Source of the DNA: Myxococcota bacterium
GTDB taxonomy: Bacteria > Myxococcota_A > UBA796 > SXON01
DNA length: 64,000 bases
Direction of reading: 5' to 3'
Assembly: GCA_040386535.1 (NCBI GenBank)
Contig: JAZKFH010000016.1
Location: forward strand, 1-64,000
Shown here: one piece after another, positions 59,973 to 64,000 of the stretch
Layout of the letters: every line of letters starts with the position of its first letter
Numbering within the stretch: the first letter of the stretch is position 1
The notes under the pieces: generated by a model
What the model was told of the DNA's origin: nothing
What the model saw: only the letters and a program-made list of their open reading frames with translations
Databases searched by the model: none
Made by a program: the position numbers and the translations under genes

Positions 59973-61990
59973 TGTACCTGCTTCTCCTCGCCTCCGCGTT
60001 CGCCGCCACCCCCAGCTCCACGATCCTGGGCCCCACGGGCCCCAGCTGGCCCGCCTCCATGGCCGCCGGGGATTGTGACGAGGTCACGCGCCTCCTCCCC
60101 TCCCCCACCGCTCCCGTCGAGCGCCTCGCGGCCGCGCGGTGCCTGGAGCGGCTCGATCAGGACGGGCGCGCCCTCGAGGTGCTCGGCACGATCGACGGCC
60201 CGCTCGCGCCCTATGCGGCGATCGTGCGTGCGCGCGCTCTCCTCGATCGGGGTGACCCCGCGGCCGCCGCCCAGGCGCTCGTCGGCGTGGCGCTGAACGG
60301 GCCCGAGGACGAGCTGCTGCGAGGCCGGGCGCTGGTGCTCGCCGGGAAGGGACTCGACGCGCGGGACGGCTTGCGTACGCTCACGGAGGGCGCGGTGGGC
60401 GATGAGGCCCGGTGGTGGCTCGCCGAAGGGGCGCGCCTCCGCGGGGACCAACCCGCCGCCATCGCGACGTGGCGGGCGCTCTGGACGCGCCACCCGACCT
60501 CGGTGTGGTCCGGTCGCGCCGAGCAGGCGCTGGCGGCCGCGAACGCGTCCGTGCCGGCGTATGGCGACGATGTCGGCCGCTCCCTCGCACTGGAGCGGGT
60601 CAAGACGCTGCTCGCGTTGAAGCAGGCGAACCTCGCCATCCCGCTGCTGGACGGGGTGCACACCGCCAAGGCGTTCACGACGCAGTCCGAGCTGCTCTAC
60701 ATGGCGGACGCGCTGTTCGACGCCAAGCTCTACCCGCGCGCGGTGGACTGGTTCGCGCGCGCGGGCGCGTCCACGCTCTCGGCGCGCACCGCGTTCGACG
60801 AGGCGCTCGCGACGGCGCGCGCGGGCGACTACCCCGGCGCCGCGACGCGGTATCGCGCGCTGATGACGCGCTTCCCGGGCACCTCGCAGGCGGAAGAGGC
60901 GCTCTTCAAGATCCCGTACATGGACTACGACGCCGGCCGCCTCGAAGAGGCCCGCGGCGGGTTCCGCGCCTACCTCGACGCGCGCCCGGACGGCAAGTTC
61001 GCGCGGGACGCCCGCTGGTTCCACGCATGGGCGGCATGGCGCCGCGGGGACACGCCCCAGGCGCTCGTCGGCTTCGACGAGGTGCTCAAGTACGACGGCG
61101 GCACCGAGCAGGGCGTTGCCGCTCGCTACTGGAAGGCGCGCGCCACCGACGATGCCCAGGCCCTCCGCGCCGTCCTCCGCGACGCGCCCGACTCGGGCTA
61201 CGCGTGGTTCGCCGCGCAGCGCCTCGGCGTGAAGTACCCGCAGCCCGCGAAGGCCGAGCGCCCCGCCTTCCCGGCGGCGTTCGTCGCCTCGCACCCTTCG
61301 CTCGACACCGGGCTCCTGCTGGCCCACGCCGGCCTGCCCGACTGGGCGCGCCCGCTCCTCGCCACCGCCACCGCCGACGCCGCCGCGGGCGGCTCCACCA
61401 CCGCGATCCCGATGGCGTGGGCGCTCATCGATGCCGAGGACTACCCGGCCGCACGCAAGCTCGCCGCGAAGTACTGCGGCACCGGCCCCGCGGCCGCCGC
61501 CGCCTGCCTCCCCCGTCCGCACGCCGACACCGTCGAGGCGATCGCCGTCGAACGGGGCCTCGATCCGCTGCTGCCCTACGCGATCATGAACGCCGAGAGC
61601 GGCCTGGACCCCTCGGTCACCTCCCCCGCCGGCGCCCGCGGCCTCATGCAGCTCATGCCCGCGCTGGCCGCGCAGCTGGCGAAGGACACCATTCCGGGGT
61701 TCGCGCCCGACGACCTGTACCGCGCGGGCGTCAACGCGCGCCTCGGCACGCTGGAGCTCTCCCTGCTCCAGTCGCGCTTCGGCCGGGCGAACACCCAGCC
61801 CTCCCTGCCGCTGGTGATCGCCGGCTACAACGGCGGCGGCGACGCCGTCGCGCGGTGGATCGGCGGCTACACGACGGCGCCGGAGCCGGATCGGTTCGCG
61901 GAAGACATCTCGTTCACCGAGACGCGTCGCTACGTGCGGCGGGTGCTCGGCTTCCTCATGGCATACCGCCGGGCGTACGGGGACCGATAG
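59972..61990 (+). CDS. slt: Soluble lytic transglycosylase (Slt-type) with TPR region
   Basis: AIMNAESG, GARGLMQLMP, AGYNGG, ETRRYV; TGATG overlap with the Omp85 gene. Confidence 0.9.
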   Translation: MYLLLLASAFAATPSSTILGPTGPSWPASMAAGDCDEVTRLLPSPTAPVERLAAARCLERLDQDGRALEVLGTIDGPLAPYAAIVRARALLDRGDPAAAAQALVGVALNGPEDELLRGRALVLAGKGLDARDGLRTLTEGAVGDEARWWLAEGARLRGDQPAAIATWRALWTRHPTSVWSGRAEQALAAANASVPAYGDDVGRSLALERVKTLLALKQANLAIPLLDGVHTAKAFTTQSELLYMADALFDAKLYPRAVDWFARAGASTLSARTAFDEALATARAGDYPGAATRYRALMTRFPGTSQAEEALFKIPYMDYDAGRLEEARGGFRAYLDARPDGKFARDARWFHAWAAWRRGDTPQALVGFDEVLKYDGGTEQGVAARYWKARATDDAQALRAVLRDAPDSGYAWFAAQRLGVKYPQPAKAERPAFPAAFVASHPSLDTGLLLAHAGLPDWARPLLATATADAAAGGSTTAIPMAWALIDAEDYPAARKLAAKYCGTGPAAAAACLPRPHADTVEAIAVERGLDPLLPYAIMNAESGLDPSVTSPAGARGLMQLMPALAAQLAKDTIPGFAPDDLYRAGVNARLGTLELSLLQSRFGRANTQPSLPLVIAGYNGGGDAVARWIGGYTTAPEPDRFAEDISFTETRRYVRRVLGFLMAYRRAYGDR

Positions 61991-62801
61991 GGGCGCCCAC
62001 AGGGCCACCACCCGGCGGGTCACCACCCGGCGGGCCTTCCCCGGGGCCGCCTGGACCCCCGCGCCCTCCTGGCTCTCCAGGTCTACCCGGCCCCCCGGGC
62101 CCACCCGGGCCCCCGTCCTTCGGGCGCATCCCCCACGGCCGCATCCCCTCCGCATCCGCCGGTTCGTCGACCGGCACGAAGCTCTCGACGACGGGGACCG
62201 TCGCGAGCACCGCGGCGCGCAGGGGCACGGGAAAGCCGACACCGACGGTGTCGGCGGCGGTCTCCAGCTCGAGCAGCAGCGCACGGCACTCGACCGTGTA
62301 CAGGTCGGAGGTGCCCGCGGCCAGCTTGATCGCGTCGTCGCTGGGGAGCGGATGGTTCGGCGCCACGGCGCGCACCTCGTCCCGCAGCGACTCCAGCGTC
62401 ATGCGCACGATGTACTGGCCCTCGGCGCGGACGCGCTTGGCCTCCTCGGGCGAGGGCTCGACCGGCGCGCCGGCGGGCGGCGTACCGTTCTGGGCGGCCT
62501 TGGTGGAGGTCTTGTCGGCGGCCTTCTTCCGCGCACGCACCACCTGCGGACCGGTGCGCGGGACCGTCAAATCGCTGGGGTTGCTCTCCGCGATGAGGGC
62601 GAGGAGCTCCTCGGACGAGAGCGTGCCGCTCTGGTCTGTGTCCACCTTCTCGAACGGCGCCCCGTGGAACGACACGGCGACGTACTCGGGCTCGGTGACC
62701 GTGCCGCTCTTGTCGGTGTCGAGCCGAGCGAGGGTCGGCGCGACGGCGTCGACCTCTTCGTACCGCGGGCCGCATGCCAGGAGCCAGAGAAGCGTGGTCA
62801 C
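61956..62801 (-). CDS. EF-hand lipoprotein with Gly/Pro-rich tail
   Basis: MTTLLWLLA-C; DTDKSGTVTEPE and DTDQSGTLSSEE EF-hand loops; (GGP)n tail; GTGA overlap with the sulfatase. Confidence 0.85.
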   Translation of the reverse strand: MTTLLWLLACGPRYEEVDAVAPTLARLDTDKSGTVTEPEYVAVSFHGAPFEKVDTDQSGTLSSEELLALIAESNPSDLTVPRTGPQVVRARKKAADKTSTKAAQNGTPPAGAPVEPSPEEAKRVRAEGQYIVRMTLESLRDEVRAVAPNHPLPSDDAIKLAAGTSDLYTVECRALLLELETAADTVGVGFPVPLRAAVLATVPVVESFVPVDEPADAEGMRPWGMRPKDGGPGGPGGPGRPGEPGGRGGPGGPGEGPPGGDPPGGGPVGAPIGPRTPGGMP

Positions 62802-64000
62802 TCGGCGTCCCAGTAGCCCTTGGCCTTGAGCGTCTCGACCAGCTCGGGCGGCAGGACGACCGCGGCCTGGAGGGGGGAGGGCGAGAGCGTCCCTATCCAC
62901 TGGACCATCTCGTCCCGGAGGGCGGACTGCTCCGTCGCGTCCAGGCCCTCGCTCGCGACGAACGCGGGCCCGGGCAGCCCGGCGGCCGCCACGATCTCGG
63001 GGAGGAAGGGGCTGATCGACTGCACCCCCGTGTACGTGAGGCGACCCGACGGGCCCCGCACGGAGAGCATCCGGTTGCTGAACCCTCCCTGCGTGACCGA
63101 CGTGCGCCGCCCGACGAAGGGCTCACCACGGAGCGCCGGACCGAGCGACACGCCGTGGATCCCCGTGGGCGCTGTCGCCCCCGCGAGCTCCAGGAGCGTC
63201 GGCATGACGTCGACGAGCTCGACCATCGCGCCCACCCGCGTCCCTCCCCCCTCCGCGCCCGGAAGGCGGATGAGGAGCGGCACGTGGGTGAGGCCGTCTT
63301 CGAGCGAGCAGCAGCGGTGGAACAGGCCGTCCTCGCCGAGGGACTCGCCGTGGTCACCCAGGACCGCGATCACGGTGTCGTCGAGGCGCCCGCGGGCTTC
63401 CAGGCGCGCGAGGAGGAGGCCGAACTGCACGTCGGCGTAGGACGCGGCGCCGTCGTAGACCCGCCGGATCAGCTCCTGGTCGGACGGCGACACCACCGGG
63501 AGCGGGCGCGGCGTCTTCGCGACGAGATCCGCGAGCCGCTTCTTGCCCTCGGCCGACCGCGGCCGGAGCACCGTGCGCGTCACGTTGTCGAGCAGGTCGA
63601 AGCTCCCGTGCATGTGGCCGTCCAGCACGCGCTCCGTGGCGTTCACCATATGCTGTTGCGACGGTGTGAGGACGGACACGCCCGTCGCCAGCAGGCCGAA
63701 CGGCGTGGGCTTCAGGTAGGTGGGGTGGGTGTCGTAGCCGTGGAGGAACAAGAAGAACGGCTTCGCGGGATCGGCGGCGTCCAGCCACGCCAGCGCCATC
63801 GGCGAGGTGTGCCAGAGCGATCCGAAGTCGACCGAGGACTCGTAGGTCTCGAACCCCCGCGTCGGCCCCATGACGGGGTTCAGGTCTCCACCGGCCACGC
63901 GCGCTGCGGTCTGGTAGCCGTACGTCCCGAGCACCTCGGGGAGCGTGTACATGTCGTTCCCGATGAAGGGCGCCCGGCCGGTCCCCGCGACCTCCGAGGG
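62798..64000 (-). CDS. Sulfatase/alkaline phosphatase superfamily protein (5' part outside the window)
   Basis: GYQTA, PFFLFLHGYDTH, YD...Y.D..FG, GDHGE, HVPLLIR, LVDVMPTL; the frame is open to the window edge. Confidence 0.9.
   Translation of the reverse strand, partial: PSEVAGTGRAPFIGNDMYTLPEVLGTYGYQTAARVAGGDLNPVMGPTRGFETYESSVDFGSLWHTSPMALAWLDAADPAKPFFLFLHGYDTHPTYLKPTPFGLLATGVSVLTPSQQHMVNATERVLDGHMHGSFDLLDNVTRTVLRPRSAEGKKRLADLVAKTPRPLPVVSPSDQELIRRVYDGAASYADVQFGLLLARLEARGRLDDTVIAVLGDHGESLGEDGLFHRCCSLEDGLTHVPLLIRLPGAEGGGTRVGAMVELVDVMPTLLELAGATAPTGIHGVSLGPALRGEPFVGRRTSVTQGGFSNRMLSVRGPSGRLTYTGVQSISPFLPEIVAAAGLPGPAFVASEGLDATEQSALRDEMVQWIGTLSPSPLQAAVVLPPELVETLKAKGYWDAE

Noticed and set aside
61990..62120. 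Collagen-like GPPGPP stretch in plus-strand ORF 60412..62829
   Set aside because: It is the reverse complement of the GGP-rich tail of the EF-hand gene (GGN and CCN codons mirror each other), not an independent collagen gene.

Overview
Very GC-rich, gene-dense chromosomal window of about 53 CDS. It most likely comes from a Myxococcota-like (deltaproteobacterial) bacterium, judging by the eukaryote-type Ser/Thr kinase, giant TPR protein, Asp-rich DxDxD lipoprotein linker and MYXO-CTERM-like tail. Content is mostly housekeeping (lon, argS, grpE, NfuA-like, acyl-CoA dehydrogenase) and envelope/lipid functions (mlaEF, a long MlaD, GT-C/GT2/GT4 glycosyltransferases, UDP-GlcA decarboxylase, PfaD, a PAI-like flavoenzyme, an Omp85 protein, Slt, two TonB-C proteins). 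I saw no rRNA, tRNA, CRISPR array, prophage or transposase. The most striking item is a translationally coupled operon (43367->40661) of two paralogous membrane-associated P-loop GTPases. Both carry the same reciprocal motif swap (GKD instead of GK[S/T]; NxPG instead of DxxG), they are followed by a GGQ peptidyl-tRNA hydrolase, and a 183-nt rod-like inverted-repeat element lies upstream. Also notable are a bacterial lipoprotein with a BPI/LBP(TULIP)-like region, pervasive ultra-short signal peptides lacking a basic n-region, leaderless-type promoters, and micro-duplications at stop codons. All family calls are by motif recognition by eye, not database searches. Many long ORFs in the supplied track are antisense or off-frame shadows typical of high-GC DNA.
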